From a virus (taxonomy: Duplodnaviria > Caudoviricetes), in IMG/VR virus record IMGVR_UViG_3300033121_001789, positions 1-64,000 of that record: a stretch of DNA of 64,000 nucleotides; one strand, 5' to 3'. The position numbers and the translations under genes were made by a program. Each line of letters begins with the position of its first letter. The stretch's first letter is position 1. Of this stretch, positions 15,646-26,981 are shown piece after piece. Below the pieces are notes generated by a model. It saw nothing but the letters and a program-made list of their open reading frames with translations, was not told where the DNA came from and searched no databases.

Positions 15646-17749
15646 GTTTAGCACCCAATGTATCTGGATTCTGAGCAACAACCCAATTAAATAGATTTCC
15701 GTACTTATCAATCACCTCCTTGTATGAAACATTTCTACGAAGATCCTTACCATCATTGATTCTATATCCATTTTCACTCGGTATTACTTTCCCAGCGTCA
15801 ATAAATTCTTGTAACTCTTTTAAAATTTCAATTCTTTTCTCTATGCTTAGTTTAGGACTGTGTCCAATCCAAGCCATACTTTTATCAATATTTTGTGTAT
15901 ATCCTTTTTCTATTAAAAATTCCAAAATATCTCTGTTTCCACTCTCATATGCCCAAGCTATATTTAATCCTCGATTGGCAATAACCGCTCCTTTATCAAC
16001 CAATAATTTAAATACATCAAATAATCCCTTTTTAATTGAGAGTCTTATTGCTAAATTATCCTCAAAATTAGGATCTAATCCATTATCTAAGCAAAATTTA
16101 ACCGCATTATAATCACCAAGTAATCCTTTGAATACCGTTGGAGTCAATTCAGCACCAGCATTTAACATATATTTTAAAATTTCAAAAGCAACTGTCGAAT
16201 CCTCAATATCTGAAATCTTATTAACAGATGCTTCTTGTTTCTGTCTCATATTTGGAGAAGCTCCGAAATCTAATAAGTATTTAACTTTTTCAGCATTGAC
16301 CTCTGATATAGCATTATCTAATGCCTGTCCTCTTTGTGTATTAACATCTGCTCCATCTTCAACCAAATATTTCTTTATTTGTTCTAAAGATAAACCCTTC
16401 TTAACAATTTCTCTGTTAGCAACCACTCTCCTTCTTTTTTCATCAATTTCTTTGTCTGTCATTGATGCAAAATATTTCCAAAGATCATCATCTATACCAT
16501 ATGCCTTCTCCCAACTTTTTAATAAGGGTTTAAAATTTTGAGAAAATCCACTATCATCCTTTAAGTGACAAGCTGTTATTTGTTGTCTAGGTCCAATGGT
16601 TATACCAATAACCGACTTTGTATCATAACTTGGTAAGTTGAAATTATATATGTAATATTGTTTGTTATAATTATTGTCTGATCCAACATAATGATCCCAC
16701 TGATATAAGCTATCTTTTATGCAGTGTCTAGTATGTGAATTCATCATTTGGTTAGCTTGGAAAGATTTTATTTCCAGTATAAGTATGTTTGACTCATCAA
16801 AACAAACTTGAACTCCATAATTTCCATATTTTAAATTACATCTTTCGATTGCCTCATAAAATTTAACAGTTTCCGTATTATCAATATTTTTTAGATAATT
16901 TTGAGCTGATTTAATGAAATCTCGAATATTCTCAAATCTAACCATTTGACCAGAATAAACCTTATCACCCTTTCTATAAAATTTTCCTCTAATTTCGGTA
17001 TCCTCTTGTAATGTCTTTAATTCTCCAAAAAATAACTTCCATAGTTTTTCCTGTGTGACTTTATTCACTTTACCATCTTCCATACCTAATTTACTAAAAG
17101 CCAATGCCAAATCATCAACTTGCTTTTTAATGACTGGTGGTTGTTTCTCATAATCAGCTTTTAATTTAGGAGTTAATTCATTATAAACCTTTCTAGTTGA
17201 CTTATAAAGTAAAATATTCTCGAAGTCATCTATTAAATTCTCATAATTATTTGGAATATTTGGATCTACATATGTGCCTATAGGTCTTCTAAGTAATGTC
17301 TTACCATCTACTGGGTTTTTAACATTTAAAAGATCTTTATATTCTATTAATTTGGCAAGAACTTCTTTAATATCATCAAAACTAACATTCTCAACTAATA
17401 TTAAATAAGTGAACAAATGAGCAAATCCCAATTTATCTCCAATTAGTTCTCTAACTTTTTGAAGTAATTTACATCTTTCTACAGCTTTTGTTTCCTCTGG
17501 AGTTACTTTTATTTCTCTAAATTTTTGACGAGCATTATTTTTTATCTCATCAGGTAATTGAGAAAATTTAAATTGTTCCCCGTCCTTATTAAATAAAAAT
17601 AAACCACTTGGATCAACCTTAAAATCCTTACTTACTTCTACAACCGCCTTGTTTATCTTATATGTATCTCTTAGCAATTTTTTAGCACCATCTAAATTCT
17701 CATTAATTGGTGATAATCCTAAAAATTTGGAATATTTCAAAAGCTTCAT
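15632..17749 (-). CDS. ankyrin-repeat protein, candidate virion-internal protein
   Basis: YLVEDGADVN, YLLDFGASPN, CLDNGLDPN, LLVDKGA repeats; N-terminal MKLLKYSKF...INE. Confidence 0.8.
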   Translation of the reverse strand: MKLLKYSKFLGLSPINENLDGAKKLLRDTYKINKAVVEVSKDFKVDPSGLFLFNKDGEQFKFSQLPDEIKNNARQKFREIKVTPEETKAVERCKLLQKVRELIGDKLGFAHLFTYLILVENVSFDDIKEVLAKLIEYKDLLNVKNPVDGKTLLRRPIGTYVDPNIPNNYENLIDDFENILLYKSTRKVYNELTPKLKADYEKQPPVIKKQVDDLALAFSKLGMEDGKVNKVTQEKLWKLFFGELKTLQEDTEIRGKFYRKGDKVYSGQMVRFENIRDFIKSAQNYLKNIDNTETVKFYEAIERCNLKYGNYGVQVCFDESNILILEIKSFQANQMMNSHTRHCIKDSLYQWDHYVGSDNNYNKQYYIYNFNLPSYDTKSVIGITIGPRQQITACHLKDDSGFSQNFKPLLKSWEKAYGIDDDLWKYFASMTDKEIDEKRRRVVANREIVKKGLSLEQIKKYLVEDGADVNTQRGQALDNAISEVNAEKVKYLLDFGASPNMRQKQEASVNKISDIEDSTVAFEILKYMLNAGAELTPTVFKGLLGDYNAVKFCLDNGLDPNFEDNLAIRLSIKKGLFDVFKLLVDKGAVIANRGLNIAWAYESGNRDILEFLIEKGYTQNIDKSMAWIGHSPKLSIEKRIEILKELQEFIDAGKVIPSENGYRINDGKDLRRNVSYKEVIDKYGNLFNWVVAQNPDTLGAKLKKR

Positions 17750-19299
17750 TTTGCTCTACTATTATTTTTTACCAATCTGTTTATTTCGGATTCGTATATT
17801 CTCCATTCAAGACTTTCCTTGATAAAAGGAGTTAATTTTTGTAAAGTTTCTATATCACCTCTATCTAAAGCATCATCAATTAATTCTTGTATCTGTGATT
17901 TAGACATTTTTGAATAGTCCGTTTCAGCTGGTTTATTAGTAATTTTGGTTATCTCATTATCATCTTCTTCTCCTTCTCCTTCTTCACCCACATCAGAAGA
18001 TGAGGATTTCCAATCTTCCATATCACGATTATATTTTTCCATATCTTGATTATATTTATCAATTGAGTCTTTATAATCACTGATATTTCTAATGGCTTCA
18101 TCTATAATCTTATCTACCTTTATTCTTGCTTCTTCTTTTTTTGATAGAATTCCCTTTATTAATTTTAGGAAATCATCAGTTGACATCGTATTACGATCAA
18201 TAAGTATTTTATATACCTCTTCTCTAACATTTGGATGTTTAGAAACCTTATCATTTAAATTTATAAAGTCTCTTATATCTGATGCAATTTCAGGTCCATA
18301 TTTCCAATCTTCTGGTTCATCTTCGATGCCGGTATTTAAAATAGATAACTCAGCTGTTCTTTTATCTTCTGGCAATCCTCCTAATGATAATATTTCAAAA
18401 AGACCTTTAACAGATTCATGTAATAACATAGGGAAATCTATACCTCTCGCTCTAATTATTGGAGTCTCCTCACTACTTTCTTGAATGTCATTTTCTATTT
18501 CATCATCATCCTTTCCAAATAGTTTTGCAAAGAACGATTTTTCTTTATCCTCTTCTTCCTTATCAATCTCTTCCTCTTCTTCCTCTTTCTTCTTAGGTTG
18601 CCAAGCGACGAAGCAAGCCCCTGCCATAAAATCTGGAGCCTGCTCCATCATTTGTGACCTAACATCAGTTGGTATAATCCAATCTAATTGATCGGCTACC
18701 TTTGTCGTTTCATCCCAAAGGTCAAAAACCACCTTAGCGGTTTCTTCACCATATATTTCCTTTAATCCTTCCTTAACTTCCTCACTATGTAAAATATGCT
18801 TTGTATTTTTAGCCTCTCCCTGTATTACTAAATTGGCTATTTTTCTTTTGTGAATTTCCTTCTTAACATCTTCATCCTCAATTTCCTTCATTTTAGGTGG
18901 TTCGGCAGGTTCACAATCCTCACAACTATCCATCCAATCTTTAACTCTACCAGGTCGTATAATTTTAATATCAACCTCTATTTCATATCTATCTATCAAT
19001 TCTTGGTAAATATTCAAAAAAACTTTAGTTGCTAATTCAGATAATTCGTTTTCTTTTCCCCTAACATATTGCATAGAAGATTGCATTAATTGTCCAATTC
19101 TATGACCGAGTTCCATTTCTTTCCGAGATGGTCTTCCTCTATATGGCATATCTTCCGGAGTTATATTAAGTCTTCTTTTAGCTCTGTTTTCAATATTTGA
19201 TAAATAAGGGTCCTCTCCCCTACTATTTTTATCTTCACCGGGAACTCCTGGATTACCTTTAATAGTTACCTCTTCTAGAAATTTTTTATAGTCCTTCAT
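17746..19299 (-). CDS. hypothetical protein, candidate virion-internal protein
   Basis: MKDYKKFLEE start; acidic tracts; ARGIDFPMLLHE. Confidence 0.75.
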   Translation of the reverse strand: MKDYKKFLEEVTIKGNPGVPGEDKNSRGEDPYLSNIENRAKRRLNITPEDMPYRGRPSRKEMELGHRIGQLMQSSMQYVRGKENELSELATKVFLNIYQELIDRYEIEVDIKIIRPGRVKDWMDSCEDCEPAEPPKMKEIEDEDVKKEIHKRKIANLVIQGEAKNTKHILHSEEVKEGLKEIYGEETAKVVFDLWDETTKVADQLDWIIPTDVRSQMMEQAPDFMAGACFVAWQPKKKEEEEEEIDKEEEDKEKSFFAKLFGKDDDEIENDIQESSEETPIIRARGIDFPMLLHESVKGLFEILSLGGLPEDKRTAELSILNTGIEDEPEDWKYGPEIASDIRDFINLNDKVSKHPNVREEVYKILIDRNTMSTDDFLKLIKGILSKKEEARIKVDKIIDEAIRNISDYKDSIDKYNQDMEKYNRDMEDWKSSSSDVGEEGEGEEDDNEITKITNKPAETDYSKMSKSQIQELIDDALDRGDIETLQKLTPFIKESLEWRIYESEINRLVKNNSRAK

Positions 19300-19564
19300 T
19301 ATCTTCTAAAAATTTTTTAATTGACTCTCCTTTTTTATTCATTTCTGATATAAATCTTTTAGCCACATCCATTTCAGTAATTTCATCTTTCTCTGCCTTT
19401 GGAGCTGGATCCGCTGATGGTCTTTCAATTTTACCAGGTGATGGCTTTGATGGTCTCTGAGGTTTAGTTGGTTGACTCGGTTTTGTTCCAGGTCTTGATG
19501 GAGCTGGCTTAACAGCCGGTTCAGCACCCTCCGTAAAAATGTTAAATTTCTTTAAATATCTCAT
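19286..19564 (-). CDS. small Pro/Lys-rich protein
   Basis: MRYLKKFNIFTE followed by a PAPSRPGTKP low-complexity linker; TAATATATA at 19583-19591. Confidence 0.75.
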   Translation of the reverse strand: MRYLKKFNIFTEGAEPAVKPAPSRPGTKPSQPTKPQRPSKPSPGKIERPSADPAPKAEKDEITEMDVAKRFISEMNKKGESIKKFLEDNEGL

Positions 19565-19657
19565 ATATAGAATATTTTAGTTTATATATTAAAAAAATAT
19601 TTTAATAATTCTAAAATAGTTTGTATTTTTGTACAAATAAATAAAATAAAGAAATAT

Positions 19658-20089
19658 ATGAAAGCATTTGTACTAATGAGGAAAGGTTATGAATATAACG
19701 ATGAAATTTATAATGAAACAGAAGGTGGCACTCCAAAAAAAATCTTCTTTTCTGAAAAAGACGCAAAAGAATACCTAATTGAATTAAATATTAAAGAAGT
19801 TAAAGAAAGTGGCATTGAGAGTTACGCCTATGATATTGAAGATATTGTTAATAATGTAGATAAATTAAAGGATTTTGTATCCAAACTCAACGAAAAATAT
19901 GGAAAAAATGAATCAACCAATCGTTGGTATGATTTAGGCGATTATGCTTTAAATAAAAAAGCTACCTTGGAAGAAGGAAAAGAATATCTTAAATTAATAA
20001 ATTTAAGATTTTATGAATTAGTTCCGGTGGAAGTTGATGTACCATCTACACGAGATCATAGAATTGATCAAATTCTAACAGAAAGCTAA
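19658..20089 (+). CDS. hypothetical protein with the shared C-terminal motif
   Basis: Ends TRDHRIDQILTES; TATTTTTG at 19624-19631. Confidence 0.75.
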   Translation: MKAFVLMRKGYEYNDEIYNETEGGTPKKIFFSEKDAKEYLIELNIKEVKESGIESYAYDIEDIVNNVDKLKDFVSKLNEKYGKNESTNRWYDLGDYALNKKATLEEGKEYLKLINLRFYELVPVEVDVPSTRDHRIDQILTES

Positions 20090-20121
20090 TAAATAAAAAT
20101 TCGCATTTAATATATAAAAAT

Positions 20122-21222
20122 ATGCGAATCCAAACTTTCAATTCATTTAAAATCACAGAAAAGCTCGGAATCTCCGAACCATCAATACAATTTGTTGATT
20201 TGATATGTAATCATGCTATAACCGCCTTTGAAGACTTTATAGATGTTTCAGATCAAAAATGGGATAACAAAATGGAGAAAATTCCTTACCGATTGGTAAG
20301 ACCATATATTTTGGATTTAGAATTATATGAAGAATTCCCGGTTGTGTCTTTTGAGGTTGTTTATAATTTTTCTAAACTAACAGAAAATCAATTTTCTCTC
20401 AAATTTCCTCGATCTTTAGAAGAAGATATGAGATTTGCTATAGGTGGATGGGCAATTGGATATGGACATAAAAATTGGAAATGGTATTCAAAATTTACAG
20501 ATCCTAAAAAAAATGTAACTGATAAAGGAATTATAGTTCAAATAGGATTAGACATCAAATTAAATAAAGAAACATTTGACTATACTATTGATAGCGAAAG
20601 AAAAAAAGTAAAGGATGATATTAAGTCAACAATATGGCATGAACTAAATCATAGCTTTGAGCATTATGTCAGGACAATAAAGGGAGATAGATTAAAAAGA
20701 GTTTGGGATAGATCGTTTAACACGTCAATAACTTGGGCTGCTGAGAATAGATATAATTTCCCCAAGCCCATATGGCGTTTTTGGGATAGAAATTTTCTTT
20801 ATTATACTTATATTTCCGAAAAACATGAATTGAGAAGTAATATCCAAGAAATGGGATATTTTATAAAAAATTATCCAAATCAAGATATAAAAACATTTAA
20901 TATCTATAAAAATGCACAATCAATGATATCATTTGATGCCTATGCATTCTACCATCGTTTACTTAAAAAAATATCAGAACACGAAACACTAAAAGGACAA
21001 GAAGAATCTATTGCTGAAACTCTTAAAAAAATGTGGGTTGATGTGTATAAAAGACAGTGTGAGACTCAAAAAGCTGAGCCACTAATATCCTTTAATACTT
21101 TAGATAAAATGACATGCTTAGAATTTTTAAGATGGTGGGGTAAAAAAATAAACTCAAATGGTAGATATTTAAAAGAAAAGATCTTAAAATTAAAATACGG
21201 ATTGAATAATGAAGAAGTTTAG
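20122..21222 (+). CDS. putative zinc metallopeptidase (HExxH)
   Basis: TIWHELNHSFEHY with downstream E; TAATATATA at 20108-20116. Confidence 0.6.
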   Translation: MRIQTFNSFKITEKLGISEPSIQFVDLICNHAITAFEDFIDVSDQKWDNKMEKIPYRLVRPYILDLELYEEFPVVSFEVVYNFSKLTENQFSLKFPRSLEEDMRFAIGGWAIGYGHKNWKWYSKFTDPKKNVTDKGIIVQIGLDIKLNKETFDYTIDSERKKVKDDIKSTIWHELNHSFEHYVRTIKGDRLKRVWDRSFNTSITWAAENRYNFPKPIWRFWDRNFLYYTYISEKHELRSNIQEMGYFIKNYPNQDIKTFNIYKNAQSMISFDAYAFYHRLLKKISEHETLKGQEESIAETLKKMWVDVYKRQCETQKAEPLISFNTLDKMTCLEFLRWWGKKINSNGRYLKEKILKLKYGLNNEEV

Positions 21223-21451
21223 TAAAATACAAGAAAATTCGGGTAAAAAATATTTTGAAGTATATGCTGAAATAAAAATATCCTTTGAATCCGAAAATGA
21301 AGGAGAAGCTGGCTATAAAGCTGATTCAATAATTGGTGCAATAAAGGAACAAGTTGACTATAAAATACATGATATATCTGAAATATCTCAAACTGAATAT
21401 ATAAAATTATTCGAGAGTAATAAATCCAAAGATGGAACACAAAATATTTAA
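21209..21451 (+). CDS. hypothetical protein
   Basis: MKKFSKIQE start. Confidence 0.7.
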   Translation: MKKFSKIQENSGKKYFEVYAEIKISFESENEGEAGYKADSIIGAIKEQVDYKIHDISEISQTEYIKLFESNKSKDGTQNI

Positions 21452-21457
21452 AATACT

Positions 21458-21970
21458 ATGAAAAAGTTTTCACATTTTAGAAAAATAAATGAACAAGAAT
21501 TGAGCCTAAGTTCAGAAAAAGAAGAAAAAGAAGTAGGAACGCAATCTTCAACACAAGAATCTAAACCCGAAGAAGGAGAAGTAACTAAATCAGAACCATC
21601 TAAATTCTTCTCAAAGATATTTGAGGCAAGACAAATGGCACACATATATCATCTACAAGTGAAAGGGGATAATGGTTCTTATGCCGCTCATACAGCTTTA
21701 AATGATTTTTATGATGGTATTTTAAATCTACTTGATGAACTAATAGAAACATATCAAGGACAGTATGATATTATTGAAAATTATGATTTGATAGATACTA
21801 AAGAAACATCATCTAAAGATAAAATATCCTATTTCACAGAATTCGCACAATTTATTAAAGATACCAGAAAAAAAGCAATTTTAGAAGAAGACACACACTT
21901 ACATAATATTATTGATGAGATTGTAGCAATGAATTATAAACTATTATATAAATTAAGATTTAATAAATAA
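21458..21970 (+). CDS. ferritin/Dps-like protein (DUF5856-like)
   Basis: HIYHLQ...SYAAHTALNDFYD...DELIETYQG...NIIDEI...YKLRF. Confidence 0.7.
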   Translation: MKKFSHFRKINEQELSLSSEKEEKEVGTQSSTQESKPEEGEVTKSEPSKFFSKIFEARQMAHIYHLQVKGDNGSYAAHTALNDFYDGILNLLDELIETYQGQYDIIENYDLIDTKETSSKDKISYFTEFAQFIKDTRKKAILEEDTHLHNIIDEIVAMNYKLLYKLRFNK

Positions 21971-21971
21971 A

Positions 21972-22277
21972 TTAATATAAGAATTTTCTACCACTTTCGT
22001 TATAGTCTTCAAAATTATTAATAACGCTATCCAATTTATCTATAATATCTGTTATATTATTTCTAACTAATTGTAAGTTTGATATAGTATCATCTATCTG
22101 ATCATTTGATTTATCTGAATTGCTTCTAAAGTTATTTAGTTCATTTATTAATGAGTCAATATATTCCCCTCTTTGATTCGTATTAGAAATCATTTCTCTA
22201 ACTTCTTCTAGAATTTCATTAACTCTATCTGATGAAATATCAACAATATCAGCTTCATTAAATTTTTTGATCCTCAT
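21972..22277 (-). CDS. coiled-coil hypothetical protein
   Basis: MRIKKFNE start; heptad pattern. Confidence 0.7.
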   Translation of the reverse strand: MRIKKFNEADIVDISSDRVNEILEEVREMISNTNQRGEYIDSLINELNNFRSNSDKSNDQIDDTISNLQLVRNNITDIIDKLDSVINNFEDYNESGRKFLY

Positions 22278-22291
22278 TTCAATTTATATTT

Positions 22292-22309
22292 ATTAATATA
22301 TATATTAAT
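22292..22309. promoter_or_regulatory. palindromic bidirectional TAATATATA promoter
   Basis: ATTAATATATATATTAAT between divergent genes 22277(-) and 22308(+). Confidence 0.55.
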
Positions 22310-22979
22310 GAAGAAAAGGCTTATTCTAGAATTTACAGAATTTAACTTACAAAGATATAATAATGATTCTGTACAAGCATCAGTACATGTCGATAATCCC
22401 GCATTATCATTAAATGCATTTGATAAACATGAAGATTTAGTCAGACAAGCAATAAGTAGGATTGGGAATATACATGGATCACTATCTAATAGCACATCAT
22501 ATAAGATTCTTAAATCCAAATTAAATTTGGAAAATCAGAATTTACAGAATTTAAAAATTATAAGAATTGTTAAAAATCAGAATTTAAATTATGATGTTTA
22601 TGTATCATTCATAATAGAGGATTATGAATATTGGGGTGTTGTAAAAGATATACTCGGCAATTGCGAATTTAAATCTGAAGTGTTTAAAGATAACTTTCTA
22701 TTACAGACAAAAGAATGGGTAATAAAACTAAAAGGTTTAATAATTAAAAATATTAAAAATTTTCTGAAACCACAATTTGGAAAATTTAAACTTATACAGA
22801 ATGATGTAATATGTTACTCACAAATAAATGGTAAAATGTTAAAAATGATTCCCGGATCTGAAATAGAAGTATTAAAATCATATGACAATAAGATCATATT
22901 TGAATACGAAGGTGAAAAATACACACTAACAGGAGACAATTTTATCTATTTTAATTGGTGGTTTGATCCAATTTCTTAA
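22308..22979 (+). CDS. hypothetical protein
   Basis: ORF track; promoter motif directly upstream. Confidence 0.75.
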   Translation: MKKRLILEFTEFNLQRYNNDSVQASVHVDNPALSLNAFDKHEDLVRQAISRIGNIHGSLSNSTSYKILKSKLNLENQNLQNLKIIRIVKNQNLNYDVYVSFIIEDYEYWGVVKDILGNCEFKSEVFKDNFLLQTKEWVIKLKGLIIKNIKNFLKPQFGKFKLIQNDVICYSQINGKMLKMIPGSEIEVLKSYDNKIIFEYEGEKYTLTGDNFIYFNWWFDPIS

Positions 22980-25045
22980 GAAGTCTTATATATAGCAGTG
23001 AATTCAAGATATCCAAAAGATATCGAAGAGATTCCATTTATTATAGATGTCCCACCAATAGAAAAATCAGCATGATTCATAGTATTTGGTTGTAAATTAT
23101 TTACACCATATCTTGCCCTAACAATTGTTTTCCCAAAAGCTGATGGCAATCCACTTAGAACAGTATCATATACTGCCAATGTCACTGAAGCCCCATTATA
23201 GTAAACACTAACAACAACCGTACCATCTTTATATTTCCTAACAGTTTTAGTTCCACTAATTCCGCTACCAAAAGTAGTACTACTTGATATATCAGTATAA
23301 TATCCAAAGAGTGTTCTATTAATTTTACCACTTGTGGTATTTAAAGTTAACATGTAATCTAAAGTGCCATCAACTGATGGTAAAATTGCAGTTGATGCAG
23401 ATGTATGTAACCTATTTCCAAGATAGTATTCTCCTGTTTGTGAAATAAAATCAATTGATGATTTTGAGGCAATCTGTATAGATCCATTCTGTGATATTGG
23501 ATCTGAATTGCCAACTATTGAAGAATCTAATAATTTTGTTTGTATTTTTATTCTCTCGTCTGTTGAAGCAGTTGAATTATTTGATGATTGTATATAAAGG
23601 ATTTGCCCACTGCCAGTTTGATATCCCTCGGATGAAACAACACTATACCCAGATGCTGTCAAGCTAGGGAAATGAGTCATAGTTAATTTAGATTCTCCCA
23701 ATTGTGAAGCTCCTGATAATCTAATCTCAGATTTAGTTGAATTATAAATGGTTGTTGGAGAGCTTTGTGGAAACATTATATAACTCTTGTTAACACCACC
23801 ACTAACCTTAATCAAAAATTCATTAGGTGCAGAAGACAGTCCTCCTAAAACACTTCTAAGTTTGCTTTCAAAATTTGTAGAAACCCATGATGTTGTGTAA
23901 TAAAAAAAGTCTCCATTTGAAGCTGTGATTCCCGCGGATCCAGAAAGAGCATTTGCAAATTGAGTGACTTTCCAAACCGGAGTATTAGAACTATCATACG
24001 AAGAAACAATTTTAATTGATTCTCCATTTATTAGTTGAATATTAGATACAGTTGATCCAAAATTAGATACCAATGATGTGGATCCATTTACACTAATATT
24101 TAAAAATTGTGAATTATTGCTCTTATAATTTATAAATAAAACTCGACCAATTTGATCGCATGTTAATGGTAATGATGGAATTCGAATTGTCATCGGAGAT
24201 GACGATCCATTATATACAATCAAATTACTATCAGTACCATCAACATAATATGTTGATCCTATTGTTGTAGTGGTAGTTGGTGTTAAAAAAGATTGTGTAA
24301 ATCCAGACTGTTTAACAATACTAAGTCCTCCAAAAGTTAATGTTGATGTTTTTTCATATAATGATCCATTCATTTTAAATGACCCATCAACAAATAAAAG
24401 TTGATTCGAAATATATGGGTTAGTGCCAAATCCAAAACTTGAAGATCCGCTTATAAAATTACCCTTATTAAAAGATCTTAATAGATTAAATCCTGATGTG
24501 TTTCCAATTTCCAAATAAGGTGACCAAGTGCCTGAAGAAGTTGCTCTAATTTGGAAAGATAATCCAAAATTAGATCCCATTTCTATTTTAGATGACATTT
24601 TAGAAGAATTGAATCTCTGATCTGAAGAGTCATAATACCAATTATATCCTAAAGTAGATATATCATTGCCCGCAGAACTTCGTATATTCAAGGATAATGG
24701 TTCAGAAGAATTATAATTTAATTGTAAAATTGACTTTGGATCATTCGTATTTATTCCAATTTTATTAGATACTGTATAAATATTTGAACTGGAAAGTCCA
24801 GATGTAGATGACCAAAATGATATTGAGTTTGTTATACCTGTTCCACTCATCAAAGACCCATCAATATCCCAATTTGATAAACCATCATTCCAAATATAGG
24901 TTGTCCTATCACTTAATTGAAAAACCTTTAACCCATCATATTTATGTTCTATCGCATTTCTTTCAGTAGAATTTGAAACAACAAATCGTGAATCTATGGG
25001 AGATGACGCGCCTAAATAAAAACCATCTATTATTCGAATTGCCAT
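22976..25045 (-). CDS. tail fibre or virion appendage-like protein
   Basis: Ser/Gly/Thr-rich; PIDSRFVV...YDGLKVF N-terminal module; KIGINTNDP repeat unit. Confidence 0.65.
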   Translation of the reverse strand: MAIRIIDGFYLGASSPIDSRFVVSNSTERNAIEHKYDGLKVFQLSDRTTYIWNDGLSNWDIDGSLMSGTGITNSISFWSSTSGLSSSNIYTVSNKIGINTNDPKSILQLNYNSSEPLSLNIRSSAGNDISTLGYNWYYDSSDQRFNSSKMSSKIEMGSNFGLSFQIRATSSGTWSPYLEIGNTSGFNLLRSFNKGNFISGSSSFGFGTNPYISNQLLFVDGSFKMNGSLYEKTSTLTFGGLSIVKQSGFTQSFLTPTTTTTIGSTYYVDGTDSNLIVYNGSSSPMTIRIPSLPLTCDQIGRVLFINYKSNNSQFLNISVNGSTSLVSNFGSTVSNIQLINGESIKIVSSYDSSNTPVWKVTQFANALSGSAGITASNGDFFYYTTSWVSTNFESKLRSVLGGLSSAPNEFLIKVSGGVNKSYIMFPQSSPTTIYNSTKSEIRLSGASQLGESKLTMTHFPSLTASGYSVVSSEGYQTGSGQILYIQSSNNSTASTDERIKIQTKLLDSSIVGNSDPISQNGSIQIASKSSIDFISQTGEYYLGNRLHTSASTAILPSVDGTLDYMLTLNTTSGKINRTLFGYYTDISSSTTFGSGISGTKTVRKYKDGTVVVSVYYNGASVTLAVYDTVLSGLPSAFGKTIVRARYGVNNLQPNTMNHADFSIGGTSIINGISSISFGYLEFTAIYKTS

Positions 25046-26535
25046 TAACTAAAATTAAATTTATATCCTTGTGAAGGTGGTGGTATAGTTACAGTACTAA
25101 TTGTTCTAAATATTTTATAAGATGTATTCCAATATCCGCTTGGGCTAGATATCGAAACTACCGAATATGTCCAAGTTGTCGATGCACTACCAGACTGCCA
25201 TAAAAGAAAATTATTACCATCATATATTTCAGATAAAAGACCATAACTATTCGGATAGCAAAAATATAAATATCCACTACCAGCGAGCGATATGGTTTGA
25301 TTATCGTAAACATCAACTAATTTTGTTAGATAATTGTTTATATTGTTTTGTGCGCTCGTACTGGTTGGAGCAAATCCATAAAAATATGGGTAGACAAAAC
25401 GTGCAGTAGCACTTGATGTATATGATTGTGTCCCATCCGTAGCCGAAACCGAAAATGTAAATATACCTGTAGCATTAGAAGAAATCTGACTTCCAGAAAA
25501 TCCATAAACATCATTAACAGTATTAATAATATATCCACTACCCGAAACAGTTGGTCCTGAATATGTCACAACAGAGCTCCATACCGATCCGTTGCTATAC
25601 CTGTTACCTTGTATTTTAATCAATGATGATATGATATTAGCACTTCTTTTATTTAAAGTATAAGTAAAATTAACAGGAGTTGTAGATAAGGCAATATCAT
25701 TTCTTTCATACGCTGCACTTGAAAGTGAAATGGTAGTAAGAGGACCTAAATATGGATACAAAATCTGTCGAATAACATCCTCCAATGGAACTTCACTAAA
25801 TGTTGTACCAGCAGGAACTCCACCAAAATCTGTTAGTGTTGGTGTACTTTCTGTGAATTTTAATATTGATAGTTCACTTGATGTTCCGGGATTTCTTAAT
25901 TCAAGATACCCCGAACTACTTCTAACTAACATCAAGTCTCCCGAAACTGAATATGTAGGAGATGATACCATTGAAGTAAACTCATTAACTGATGGGAAAA
26001 TTAAATTATTAATTGATATTCTACCATTAGATCCTGCTAGAAAATTAAAATCGCCACCAAATGTCTGATTATGAGCTATAGTTAAGCTTAACGACGGTGT
26101 GCTTCCAACCACTTCACTTACCAATAGATAAGGAGAACTCGTATGTAGAGTTGTATTAGATCCGGCTAAAAAAGCAATTTTTAAATCTTGTGTTATTGCC
26201 GAATCAGATTTAGTATTATAAAAGAAAATATCCACATCAGATAAACCCGATAAAACAGAATTACTTAAAATACTGGATCCGGAAAGCTCTTTTTTGCCAA
26301 AAAAGAATCTAACATCCTTTATTTCACTTCTACCTAAACCAATATATTCAGACGATTGGCTATTTGTTGTATATCTAAATACTGAATTTTCCCAATTAGA
26401 AAAAACTGCATCTCTAACATCCTTTGGATTAATAAGCTTCTGTGTATTATCAGGCAAAAGCGCTAAAATATCTGATATTTGTGTATATGTAACAGCGTTT
26501 TGTCCAGGAGTAACAATACTATAAGTCAATGCCAT
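25045..26535 (-). CDS. virion structural protein (tail-associated)
   Basis: LLPDNTQKLINPKDVRDA; GGVPAGTTF; FVYPYFYG; YLYFCYP..YG.L. Confidence 0.6.
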   Translation of the reverse strand: MALTYSIVTPGQNAVTYTQISDILALLPDNTQKLINPKDVRDAVFSNWENSVFRYTTNSQSSEYIGLGRSEIKDVRFFFGKKELSGSSILSNSVLSGLSDVDIFFYNTKSDSAITQDLKIAFLAGSNTTLHTSSPYLLVSEVVGSTPSLSLTIAHNQTFGGDFNFLAGSNGRISINNLIFPSVNEFTSMVSSPTYSVSGDLMLVRSSSGYLELRNPGTSSELSILKFTESTPTLTDFGGVPAGTTFSEVPLEDVIRQILYPYLGPLTTISLSSAAYERNDIALSTTPVNFTYTLNKRSANIISSLIKIQGNRYSNGSVWSSVVTYSGPTVSGSGYIINTVNDVYGFSGSQISSNATGIFTFSVSATDGTQSYTSSATARFVYPYFYGFAPTSTSAQNNINNYLTKLVDVYDNQTISLAGSGYLYFCYPNSYGLLSEIYDGNNFLLWQSGSASTTWTYSVVSISSPSGYWNTSYKIFRTISTVTIPPPSQGYKFNFS

Positions 26536-26574
26536 TTATTGGTTTCTTTTATAGTATATATAAAAAATCAATCT

Positions 26575-26976
26575 CTAATTAAAGAGAAAGTCTAATTTTA
26601 GAATATCTTTTATTTTGGCAGTTTTTAAATCCAAATCTTCAAAATTTAATTTATCAAATGGAATTTCATTTTCCACATTCATTAAATCTGATATTTCCTT
26701 AGTGAAAGCATTCATATCAGAAATAGCAAAGCTATCTAACATTTCAATACCATTATTATCTTTTGGATGTACAGGGTTTCCAAACTCATCTCTAATTATC
26801 CATTTATCATAGATTTTTTTCTCAGCTTTCAATTTATCTTCCAAAATTGGAGAAATATATTTTATTATCCTTGATAATCGGAAAGCTGCCACTGCATTAA
26901 TATCCATCTCAATAAACTGATTGATAATGGAGATTGTCTCATTATTTAAATCGGAATTTCTTATTTTAAAAGCCAT
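26575..26976 (-). CDS. hypothetical protein
   Basis: ORF track; upstream of tail-like genes. Confidence 0.7.
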   Translation of the reverse strand: MAFKIRNSDLNNETISIINQFIEMDINAVAAFRLSRIIKYISPILEDKLKAEKKIYDKWIIRDEFGNPVHPKDNNGIEMLDSFAISDMNAFTKEISDLMNVENEIPFDKLNFEDLDLKTAKIKDILKLDFLFN

Positions 26977-26981
26977 AATTT

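Noticed and set aside
15720-19035. Plus-strand ORFs of 60-137 aa opposite large minus-strand genes, and similar ones elsewhere
   Set aside because: Their Ser/Ile/Leu/Phe-rich composition is typical of antisense shadows of Glu/Lys/Asp-rich genes.
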